DNA of 64,000 bases, from positions 15,273 through 79,272 of the forward strand of contig JBCCIP010000008.1 in NCBI GenBank assembly GCA_039111475.1. The letters are read 5' to 3'. The position numbers were made by a program, and so were the translations under genes. Under the pieces are notes generated by a model. The model did no database searches. It was not told the DNA's origin and worked only from the letters and a program-made list of their open reading frames with translations. Positions 56,057 through 64,000 of this stretch are shown piece after piece (within the stretch, counting starts at the first letter, position 1; the number at the start of each line of letters is the position of its first letter). Source of the DNA: Pseudomonadota bacterium. Its GTDB lineage: Bacteria > Pseudomonadota > Gammaproteobacteria > Pseudomonadales > JAUIET01.

Positions 56057-57514
56057 TCAAGCCGCTTCAAAGTCCTGCAGTCCCGTGGCTTCATGCAACG
56101 CTTTGTACTCTTTAATACCGCCAGGGAATAAGAATGGAGCGTGACCATCTTCGGTCCGGTAGTAGCTGTTGCACGATGGGTTGCCCCATGAATACGTTTT
56201 AAATTTATCGCTTAGAAAAGCATTGTATTCGGCATTGGCGTTTTCCCTGACCGCAATAGCTGCCCAACCTTCTTGCTGCTTGCCGCTCAATAGGTTCACA
56301 ATCGTTTTCGAATTGCGTTCAACGTTTGTGAAGTAAGAAACGTTAATGGCCAGCGCGTTCGGACCTGCGGCAAAGAAGTAATTCGGGAAGTGAGGAACAG
56401 CGATGCCTTTATAAGCCTGCGGTGCTTGCGCCATCATGTTTGCCAAAAGTCGATTCTGAAGACCAATCACCTCAATGCGGTCGTAATCCATCATACGATA
56501 ACCCGTGCAGTAGACAATCACGTCTACATCTATTTCCTTGCCACTGACGGTTGTGATTCCTCGCGGCCTAACTTCTTTTAAGCCTTCGGCGAGCAATTCA
56601 ACGTTGTCTCGCTGCAGCGCCGGGTAGAAGTCGTCTGATACCAGGCCTCGCTTGCAACCGTAATGACCAGATGGCCTCACTTTTTCTCTCAGTGATTCAT
56701 CATCAATGGTTTGATCTATAAACTTGTGCGCCATGGCTTCAAACTGGGCCATGCGGTTATGGCCGATGGTTACACCATCCAGCACAACCCCCATCATAAA
56801 GTCCTGCATTTTTCTATACAAACCAAGGAGTGACGGCCACCGGTTGAACAGACTCTTGGTACGCTCGGAGTAGAACTTACGACCGCGAGACATAATCCAG
56901 TTTGGTGTGCGCTGCAGCACCGTAAGGTGTTTTACAACCTTGGCGAGCTCTGGCGTTATTTGAATTGCGCTGGCTGCCGAGCCAATAATAGCCACACGCT
57001 TATCGCGCATATCTACGTCATGCCGCCAGCGCGTGCCGTGGAAGTACTCGCCGGTAAACGATTCAATGCCAGGTACGTCAGGGAATTGCGGCGTATGCTG
57101 ATTGCCCATGGCATTGATAATCACATCCGTTTCGAAGGTGTGCCCCGTGTCATCGCTCAGCAGCCAACACTTTTCGTCCGTAAATTCGGCACGAATAATA
57201 CGCGTATTCAGAATCAGTTTGGGTTCAAGGCCAAACTCGCGTGCACATTGCTGCAGATACACTTCAATCTCCGGCTGATCAACGAAACTGGCGCTCCAAT
57301 CTGGGTTAGGGCGATAGGAAAACGTGTAGGAATGTGCCCAAAGATCACAGGCTAGCCCTGGGTAGGTATGATTATGCCAGGTACCACCAACCGCACCTGC
57401 TTTCTCAAAAATTGTGAAGTTATGGAAGCCCTGCTCCATGAGCTCGTGCGCGGCGGCTAAACCGGCAGGGCCTGCACCAATAACCGCTATTCGCAGATCA
57501 TCTTTGCTTGTCAT
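56057..57514 (-). CDS. Baeyer-Villiger / flavin-containing monooxygenase
   Basis: GAGPAG, GGTW...TYPGLACD, FTGEYFHGTRW, GSAASA.Q, GCKR, CTGY. Confidence 0.9.
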   Translation of the reverse strand: MTSKDDLRIAVIGAGPAGLAAAHELMEQGFHNFTIFEKAGAVGGTWHNHTYPGLACDLWAHSYTFSYRPNPDWSASFVDQPEIEVYLQQCAREFGLEPKLILNTRIIRAEFTDEKCWLLSDDTGHTFETDVIINAMGNQHTPQFPDVPGIESFTGEYFHGTRWRHDVDMRDKRVAIIGSAASAIQITPELAKVVKHLTVLQRTPNWIMSRGRKFYSERTKSLFNRWPSLLGLYRKMQDFMMGVVLDGVTIGHNRMAQFEAMAHKFIDQTIDDESLREKVRPSGHYGCKRGLVSDDFYPALQRDNVELLAEGLKEVRPRGITTVSGKEIDVDVIVYCTGYRMMDYDRIEVIGLQNRLLANMMAQAPQAYKGIAVPHFPNYFFAAGPNALAINVSYFTNVERNSKTIVNLLSGKQQEGWAAIAVRENANAEYNAFLSDKFKTYSWGNPSCNSYYRTEDGHAPFLFPGGIKEYKALHEATGLQDFEAA

Positions 57515-59115
57515 GGTTTAACGCTCATCACAATAAAGGCATTACCAGGCATTTGCCCGACCAGGCCGTAACCGGAATTAACGAACAATTCACCGCCATC
57601 AACAAATATCCCGCCAAAATCTATGCTGCCGCCGTTTGCGGTGCCGCCATTCACTGCCTCATAACTACGCAGTGTGCTGTGCTTCCACACTTCCGTGCCG
57701 GTATAACTGTCAAACGCTCGAATCACACCGTCCAGTGTGGGTGCGAACACCAGACTGTCGGTTGCAGTAGGAGCAGCCGAAAATCCAATAAAGCAGTTAT
57801 CAATCTCTTCTTCATCATTAAGGCAATCACCAGGCGCATTAGTACGCCACAGACGATCGCCAGTTTGCGCATTAAAGGCTTGCAGCGAGGGTTGTGGTTC
57901 ACCCGGTGGATTGTCGCCATAAAAACCCACGTCTCTGTCACTGATAGGAACGAATAATACGCCGCGAGCGGGATCAACGGCCATGGCGAAATGTATGCCG
58001 CCCGCTTTCCCGCCATTGCCGGGCTTCTGCTTCCATAGAAGCTTGCCGTTATTATCCGGATCAAGAGCGTAGATGTAGCCACTTTTTTGCCCCGCAAGAA
58101 TCACATCTTTGCCATCAATGGTCAGTAATATCGGCGGAGCCCCAAAGTCGAGATCCTGTCCGCGCTCGTCAGGACAGTTAAAATCAATGGGCAATTCGCA
58201 GGCAACATTCCATGCGTCATTGGCGAGAAACTGCTGTTTCCACAACAGTTCTCCGGTCTGCATATCGAAAGCAAGAATCGCGTCGCTTGTGTCGTTAGCA
58301 GGTGAGGAATAATTTTCCCCAGTGCCAACATAAATACGGTCAAGCTTGGCATCCACGGTGGGTTGAGACCACACAGGGGCACCGGACGGTCCCATAAGGT
58401 CGGGTAAAATCAGGCGTGGCCTGAAAACTGTTGGTTCAATTTGAATGGTGTAGTTTCGCCATTGCAGCCGACCGCTGGCCGCATCCACGGCCACGATTGG
58501 CCCTCTAAATGTACAGCAGCCATAGAAAGGATTCACCGCCCAGGCCAATTCCCAAGAGGATACGGGTTGAAAAATTCTACCGCCATGCGCCACAGCCGAA
58601 CCGGAAATCATGGCCTTAGGATGCTCGCTCGCAAGGGTGCGCCATTGCTCTTCGCCCGTCAAAGCGTCAAGCGCAATAAGCTCTGCACTCATTGTGCCAA
58701 ACACAAGCAAGTTGGATTCTCCGACGGCCAGGTAAGTTAGCGCAGTGCGAACCGCACTGCCGGCCTCGAACACCCACTTCTGGCAGCCCGAGTTACGCGC
58801 CAGCGCCAACACTCGTTCGTCGCCATCTGTTATGAACACTGTATTGCTGGTGATATAGGGTAAAAACCGGGGTGAGTCAGTCTCGGGCAGTGCGTACACC
58901 CAGTTAACTTCCAACCGACCGACATTGCCCGAATCAATACCTGCATCCTTATCGCTTATGAAACGATGGTTTTGCGCATTGATACCCCAACCGTTCACCC
59001 GGGGATTAGGGTCTATGTCTAGCGAATTGCACTCTGTTGCCTGGGCCGCGCAATGCATAGCCAGGCATGCGACTATTGCGATTGATCTGAGCAAGAAGCT
59101 ATCCCGTAAATACAC
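57511..59115 (-). CDS. PQQ-dependent dehydrogenase, polyvinyl-alcohol dehydrogenase-like, without a heme c domain
   Basis: Signal peptide, CCTFRG, SGAPVWS.P, YVGTGENYS, D.WN..C, DLDFGA.P, AGQKSG, VNSGYG; no CxxCH. Confidence 0.85.
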   Translation of the reverse strand: MYLRDSFLLRSIAIVACLAMHCAAQATECNSLDIDPNPRVNGWGINAQNHRFISDKDAGIDSGNVGRLEVNWVYALPETDSPRFLPYITSNTVFITDGDERVLALARNSGCQKWVFEAGSAVRTALTYLAVGESNLLVFGTMSAELIALDALTGEEQWRTLASEHPKAMISGSAVAHGGRIFQPVSSWELAWAVNPFYGCCTFRGPIVAVDAASGRLQWRNYTIQIEPTVFRPRLILPDLMGPSGAPVWSQPTVDAKLDRIYVGTGENYSSPANDTSDAILAFDMQTGELLWKQQFLANDAWNVACELPIDFNCPDERGQDLDFGAPPILLTIDGKDVILAGQKSGYIYALDPDNNGKLLWKQKPGNGGKAGGIHFAMAVDPARGVLFVPISDRDVGFYGDNPPGEPQPSLQAFNAQTGDRLWRTNAPGDCLNDEEEIDNCFIGFSAAPTATDSLVFAPTLDGVIRAFDSYTGTEVWKHSTLRSYEAVNGGTANGGSIDFGGIFVDGGELFVNSGYGLVGQMPGNAFIVMSVKP

Positions 59116-59190
59116 AGCAAGAGTTTACAAGCACAGGCTAAATACCTGACACTATCTTGCTACTTGGCAATGTGCGTGTAAGGAACCTTA

Positions 59191-59673
59191 TTGGAGATTC
59201 AGAAAGACTGCGTGGTCAGCTTTCACTATCGGCTAGCAAACCGTGACGGCATTGAACTGGAAACGTCAAGAAATGGCGACCCGGTTGCTTATTTGCATGG
59301 TCATCGCGGAGTAATTCGCGGCCTGGAAGAAGCTATGACCGGCAAAAGCCAGGGTGATGTTTTTACCGCCTATATACCCGCCGGCAAAGCCTATGGTGCC
59401 CGCAAGGAAGGATCTAATCAGCGCGTACCGATCAAGCATTTATTGAACAAAGGTCGGCTCAAGCCTGGCACGGCGGTTAAGATCAAGACCGACAATGGTC
59501 CGCGCGATGTCACTATTGTCAAAGTAGGCAAATTCAATGTGGATGTGGATGCCAACCACCCTCTTGCCGGTGTGGATCTCAGTTTTGATATCGAGATCAT
59601 TGATGTTCGCGAGGCGAGCGCAGAAGAGTTGTCGCATGGCCATGCACACGGTGTAGGTGGCCACCAACACTGA
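59191..59673 (+). CDS. slyD: FKBP-type peptidyl-prolyl isomerase SlyD
   Basis: YLHG....I.GLE, AYG, DANHPLAG..L.F, REAS.EEL.HGHAHG. Confidence 0.92.
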   Translation: MEIQKDCVVSFHYRLANRDGIELETSRNGDPVAYLHGHRGVIRGLEEAMTGKSQGDVFTAYIPAGKAYGARKEGSNQRVPIKHLLNKGRLKPGTAVKIKTDNGPRDVTIVKVGKFNVDVDANHPLAGVDLSFDIEIIDVREASAEELSHGHAHGVGGHQH

Positions 59674-59732
59674 ATACGCCTCGCAGCGTACTCGTCAAAG
59701 TCGCTTTAAACTCAGCTTATAGGTACTTAAAT

Positions 59733-60482
59733 ATGTTAAATGTTCTCTCCTCCGCTCTGGCCACGTTTGTTAGGCCTGGACTTGGAATCAGCGTTGAACC
59801 GGCCGCCAAAAAGCCAGCGAAAATGCTGGAGCTGTACGATATGGAGGGCTGTCCTTTTTGCCGAATTACGCGAGAGGCGTTAACTGAGCTGGATATTGAC
59901 GCAGTGGTTTATCCCTGCCCCAAGAAAGGCACGCGGTTTCGGCCCAAGGTCGTTGAAATGGGCGGTAAAGCGCAGTTCCCTTACCTCGTAGACCCGAATA
60001 CGGGGGCTCAATTGTACGAGTCTGTGGATACCGTTGCATACCTTTATGAGACTTACGCAGAGCGGCCAGTACCGATCAAATGGCGCGCTGAGTCACTGCA
60101 AAAAATAGGCTCGTCGCTGGCATCCGCTTTGCGGCCTGGATTGGGATTGCGCTTGGCGGAGTCAACAATGCCAGACAAAATGCTGGTGCTGTACAGCTTT
60201 GAAAGTAGCCCATTTGCCCGGTTGGTGCGTGAAAAGCTGACCGAGCTGGAAATTCCTTACGTATTACGCAATGCCGGGCGTACGACCTGGCGCGACTGGG
60301 TGCCACCGGGTGTCCGGGATTCTCTGGGCATTGAGTCCGAACCGGAGTTGTTAAACAGGCAGGAGCTACAGCAACGCGCGGGGAAAATTGCTATCCCCTA
60401 TTTAATTGACCCAAATACAGGCACTGAATTGTTTGAGTCGGGCGCAATCGTCGACTACCTGGAACAAACCTACGGTTCCTAA
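59733..60482 (+). CDS. Tandem glutaredoxin/GST-N domain protein
   Basis: Two repeats: CPFCR..REALTEL...PYLVDPNTG..LYES and SPFAR.VRE.LTEL...PYLIDPNTG..LFES. Confidence 0.88.
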   Translation: MLNVLSSALATFVRPGLGISVEPAAKKPAKMLELYDMEGCPFCRITREALTELDIDAVVYPCPKKGTRFRPKVVEMGGKAQFPYLVDPNTGAQLYESVDTVAYLYETYAERPVPIKWRAESLQKIGSSLASALRPGLGLRLAESTMPDKMLVLYSFESSPFARLVREKLTELEIPYVLRNAGRTTWRDWVPPGVRDSLGIESEPELLNRQELQQRAGKIAIPYLIDPNTGTELFESGAIVDYLEQTYGS

Positions 60483-60537
60483 AGCGAAAATCAGCAAGTG
60501 CTTAAAACACGAGCAATAACCAATGAAGCTGAGTATC

Positions 60538-61425
60538 CTATTTTAGATAGTCGGCAATTATCTCATTGGATACGTCCCACAAGCGCTGCGCTAGAACTTC
60601 ATCTTCAGCAAATTTCGTCGGTGCAGTAAGTTCAACGTCGGCAAAGTATTTCCCATTGTATTGGGCTGCATCGGGATGTGCCGCCAGATACACCTGGGTA
60701 GCTGCACCCTGCTCCACTGTCTTCTCAACAAAGCCCGCTAAAAGCCCGATTACCTTACTCAGCAAGCCCACCATATTCCGCGATAAATTGGTTTTGATCA
60801 CGCCAGGATGGAGCGCATTCGACGTAATGTTGGTGCCGGCCAACTCCTTTTTCAATGCGACCGCAGTAAGAATATTGGCAAGTTTTGACTGACCATAGAA
60901 TTTCCAGTCGTTATAGCCTTGTTCGCCCGTTAGATTGTCAAAGTCTATGCCGCCTTTAACTGTGAGTTTATGGGCATCGCTGGAAACGAGAACAATTCGA
61001 CCTTGCTCGGCATTGCGCAGCAAAGGCAGCAGCTTGTTTATCAGCAAGAAGTGGCCAATGTGATTGCAGAGAAATTGCAATTCAAGGCCATGGGCCTGGT
61101 TTAACTCCGGTAATGCCATAATGCCGGCGTTGCACAATAGAACATCAAGCGTGTCGTGTTCCGCCAGTACCCGATCGGCCGCAGCCGCAACCGATGACAG
61201 GTCGCTCAGCTCACATGCAAGTGGTGTGGTATCTCCTCCAACTTCCCTACATGCATTGCCCGCTTTTTCCAACGTTCTGGCCGCCCCGATAACAGTAGCG
61301 CCGCAGTCCGTCAGAACTCGCATGCTCTCCATGCCCAGCCCCGAGTTAACGCCTGTTATCAGAATGGTCTTGCCGCCCAGATCCAGTCCTTCTACTACGC
61401 TCTCTGCCGTGTCTGTTTTGCTCAT
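60538..61425 (-). CDS. Short-chain dehydrogenase/reductase (retinol dehydrogenase/WWOX-like)
   Basis: TGVNSGLG, CNAGIMA, NHIGHF, YGQSK, LHPG; ATG at 61425 after CAGGAG. Confidence 0.92.
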   Translation of the reverse strand: MSKTDTAESVVEGLDLGGKTILITGVNSGLGMESMRVLTDCGATVIGAARTLEKAGNACREVGGDTTPLACELSDLSSVAAAADRVLAEHDTLDVLLCNAGIMALPELNQAHGLELQFLCNHIGHFLLINKLLPLLRNAEQGRIVLVSSDAHKLTVKGGIDFDNLTGEQGYNDWKFYGQSKLANILTAVALKKELAGTNITSNALHPGVIKTNLSRNMVGLLSKVIGLLAGFVEKTVEQGAATQVYLAAHPDAAQYNGKYFADVELTAPTKFAEDEVLAQRLWDVSNEIIADYLK

Positions 61426-61501
61426 GTTATTCGCTCCTGAAAATGAATCTCTTAGGCTTTGTGAGTTTATCCTTACCAGATGCTGCACATGCATGTGCTA
61501 A

Positions 61502-63688
61502 TCACAAGACATCAAATATATAGCTGAACTTAAGTATCAATTCCCGTTGGTCGCGCTCAAAACCAAACTCATCCTGTTTTAATTCGTTATACACCAGATA
61601 CAAACCAGCATTTGCAGATTGCAGCCAGGCGAAGCGCAGGTTAACCGCTGTTGAATCACTGCGATCGTCATATTGGAATAAACCTTCCAACGACATTTTT
61701 GGCGTGAACGAATACGCGAGCCTGAGACTGCCAACATTAATCTCAACGTCGCCCTGGGGGCCGCCGAGATCTATTCGGTTGTAGTTCCATTCAAGCTCGG
61801 CATTGAAGTTGTCACCAATACGATAGTTGAGCTCCGGTTGCAGTGTAACGCGATCGCCGCTGAAGAAGCCTCCAGCAAAGGCTTCTATTTCAAAACTCAG
61901 CGGCGCGCCCTGGTTGGTAAAGAACACGAATTGCAGCTCTTGGTTGTCGTATTCACCGACCGGCACCGTAAATCCAGGCACAATATCAAACGCACTGCGC
62001 ACATTCTCGTGGGTGAAGTTAACGCCGGTGTGCACCTCTAACCCCGTTTTAAACTCCCAATGATTGTCCACATGCCAGCGACTGGATTGTTTTTCGCCAT
62101 CAAAACCCCAGAAACCCCGGTAGGAAATATGCGGTCGCAATTCCTGCAAACCCCAAAAGTCTTTCGGTCGGTAGTACCTAAATAGAAGCCCGTCCCAACG
62201 TCGATAATTCCGGCGGGAAACAAAACCAACTTCCGGATTAAAGTCTTCGCCTACTTCCGAGTAAGACAGAATGTTGCGCCAATTCTCCGAGCTGTAGTCC
62301 GCTCTTACGCGCAGCGCGTGATCTTTGCCGTGCAGCCCATTCGTTTCTGTTTTTGCTAAATAACTCGATAACTGCAGATTATCACCAATGCCCCAGCGGC
62401 CATCAATACCGAAGGTTCGGTTTACGTCATCACTGCCATCGCCTTCGCGCTGAACAACGATCGCACCCACTGAAGAACGACTTGGCAGTTCTTGACTGAT
62501 TCGCGCCACCGAATAGTCATTCTGAGGAGCAACACCTTCAACCGCCTCGCTGCGCATATGCAGCAACCCAATATTGGTACTGTCACCCACTTTGCCGGAA
62601 AGCCGCAGTCCACCTTCTATGGGGGTTGCAAGACCTGTATCACTGATGCCAATACGACGGCTAAAGAACAGCTCAACACTCTGCGGGCTACCAACCGCAA
62701 ACAAACCGGCATTTTCAAGAAAGAAAGGGCGCTTCTCAGGAATGAAGACACTGAATCGATCCAGATTCACTACAACTTCATCCACTTCTACCTGCGCGAA
62801 GTCAGTGTTATACGTTGCGTCCAGCGTGAGACTGGGTGTTACCGAATACTTGAGATCAATGCCAATTTCGTTGTCGAAATCTGAACCGTTAGTTTCGGAA
62901 CCTTCGCGCGCTCTGCCAAGCACATAGGGCGTGAGTTTGAGGTTTCTCTGCACGGGTGCCTTGATGCCGTGCAAGCTACCCGCGTCAGAGACTCGAAAAA
63001 TACTGTGCTGACGATCCAACGCAGCCCAAAAAGCTTCCTCCTTATTGCGGCGAATATTGCGTTGAAAATTAATACCCCAGTTTTTTGAATCACTGCCTCC
63101 ATAGCGTAAAGACCTGAAAGGAATGGCCATTTCCAGGCTCCAGCCGTTTTCACCAATCTGTGTGGCCACCTCCCAGCTGGTGTTCCAATCCAGGTTAAAT
63201 CCCGCCGCACCCAATAAGGAATCACCATTACCTTCGTTGTTCACCTGGCCGTCGTACTGAATGCCAGCAGGATTGGTGCCAAACACAAAACCGTTCTGGC
63301 CATCTTTAAAGCCGTCGAGGATAACCTGGAAGCTATCGGTTTCATCCAAGTCTGCGTCACGGCGACTGTCGGAGACGATAATGCTTGCGGGATCGTCGTC
63401 ATGCAGCACCGCGGCTATATACAAAGTATCCTCAGTGAAACCAATATACACATCAGTCTTTTGCGAAGCAGGCTTGCCTTCGTTCGGCCGTGACTGCCAG
63501 AAACCTGTGGCAGCGGTAACTCCATCCCAGGCGGCGTCGTTATTGACCTTACCATCGACGGTGGGCTCTACCGTGAATTCATGGGCGATTGCAACCGGCG
63601 CTTGCGCAGTGGCCTGATCGGGCAGCGATGCTATAAACACAAGCGCCCAGGCAGAAAAAGAATGAAGGAAACACTTGTGGCAACTCAT
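61502..63688 (-). CDS. CBM9-like + DUF5916 exported / outer-membrane protein
   Basis: P.VDG, F.TNP.G.Q.DG, W..EMAIPF.SLRY, WG.NF.R, N.DFAQVE.D, EKRPFFLE, LFFSRRIG; beta-rich C-terminus. Confidence 0.85.
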   Translation of the reverse strand: MSCHKCFLHSFSAWALVFIASLPDQATAQAPVAIAHEFTVEPTVDGKVNNDAAWDGVTAATGFWQSRPNEGKPASQKTDVYIGFTEDTLYIAAVLHDDDPASIIVSDSRRDADLDETDSFQVILDGFKDGQNGFVFGTNPAGIQYDGQVNNEGNGDSLLGAAGFNLDWNTSWEVATQIGENGWSLEMAIPFRSLRYGGSDSKNWGINFQRNIRRNKEEAFWAALDRQHSIFRVSDAGSLHGIKAPVQRNLKLTPYVLGRAREGSETNGSDFDNEIGIDLKYSVTPSLTLDATYNTDFAQVEVDEVVVNLDRFSVFIPEKRPFFLENAGLFAVGSPQSVELFFSRRIGISDTGLATPIEGGLRLSGKVGDSTNIGLLHMRSEAVEGVAPQNDYSVARISQELPSRSSVGAIVVQREGDGSDDVNRTFGIDGRWGIGDNLQLSSYLAKTETNGLHGKDHALRVRADYSSENWRNILSYSEVGEDFNPEVGFVSRRNYRRWDGLLFRYYRPKDFWGLQELRPHISYRGFWGFDGEKQSSRWHVDNHWEFKTGLEVHTGVNFTHENVRSAFDIVPGFTVPVGEYDNQELQFVFFTNQGAPLSFEIEAFAGGFFSGDRVTLQPELNYRIGDNFNAELEWNYNRIDLGGPQGDVEINVGSLRLAYSFTPKMSLEGLFQYDDRSDSTAVNLRFAWLQSANAGLYLVYNELKQDEFGFERDQRELILKFSYIFDVL

Positions 63689-63774
63689 GCTCGTATTCTA
63701 ACAGCTGATGAGTTTCATTGAGCCAGAACGTCACGGAACAAGTATATAATGGCCGTACTCATAAGGAATTCACC

Positions 63775-64000
63775 ATGAAACTATTTGCCTCGTTTTGTTT
63801 AACAATGCTTGCTGCGATATTCATATTACCAGCGCAGGCCGATGAAAAATCAAGCAGCCAACCAGGTCTCTTCTCTGCTGCAGATATTTTTCATCTTGAG
63901 TATGCACGCGACCCTCGCATCGCTCCCAATGGGAGAGATATCGTATATGTGCGCAACAGTATGGATATCATGACAGATACTGCACGTGGCAATCTGTGGA
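63775..64000 (+). CDS. S9-family peptidase (acylaminoacyl peptidase-like), N-terminal part
   Basis: Manual translation MKLFASFCLTMLAAIFILPAQADEK...DIFHLEYARDPRIAPNG..IVYVR.SMDIMTD; AAGGA RBS; runs off the window end. Confidence 0.75.
   Translation, partial: MKLFASFCLTMLAAIFILPAQADEKSSSQPGLFSAADIFHLEYARDPRIAPNGRDIVYVRNSMDIMTDTARGNLW

Overview
A gene-dense chromosomal window (about 50% GC by eye) from what looks like a marine Gammaproteobacterium; this is inferred from FNR, Lrp-ald, CpxR/Spy, NhaA, SlyD, delta-carbonic anhydrase and many lipid/aromatic oxidoreductases. It holds about 66 CDSs, two of them cut by the window edges. I saw no rRNA, tRNA, CRISPR array, integrase or transposase. The main modules are: a homoprotocatechuate (hpa) meta-cleavage cluster with a two-subunit LigAB-type dioxygenase where hpaD is expected; a sigma54 two-component system with a divergent MacAB-type exporter and a readable enhancer/IHF/-24-12 promoter; Spy-CpxR with no adjacent kinase; DUF2339-DUF3999; an FNR/cytochrome c'/cytochrome b region; two Baeyer-Villiger monooxygenases; and a patch at 16-22.7 kb (Coq4-FabR/DesT-like, HDOD, BLUF, tandem ABM-LysR). 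The strongest leads are: (1) a fold-IV PLP enzyme with an apparently relocated catalytic Lys and no pyridine-binding Glu, head-to-head with a sulfotransferase-like protein; (2) an MFS transporter with a long 15-residue helical-repeat tail; (3) an apparent cluster-less Rieske-like protein divergent from dsbB; (4) an FNR box in front of an unannotated small ORF or sRNA; (5) a duplicated 24-nt hairpin motif upstream of the HDOD and BLUF genes; (6) a voltage-gated channel with a TFEDWTD filter. All assignments come from motif recognition by eye; no database search was run.
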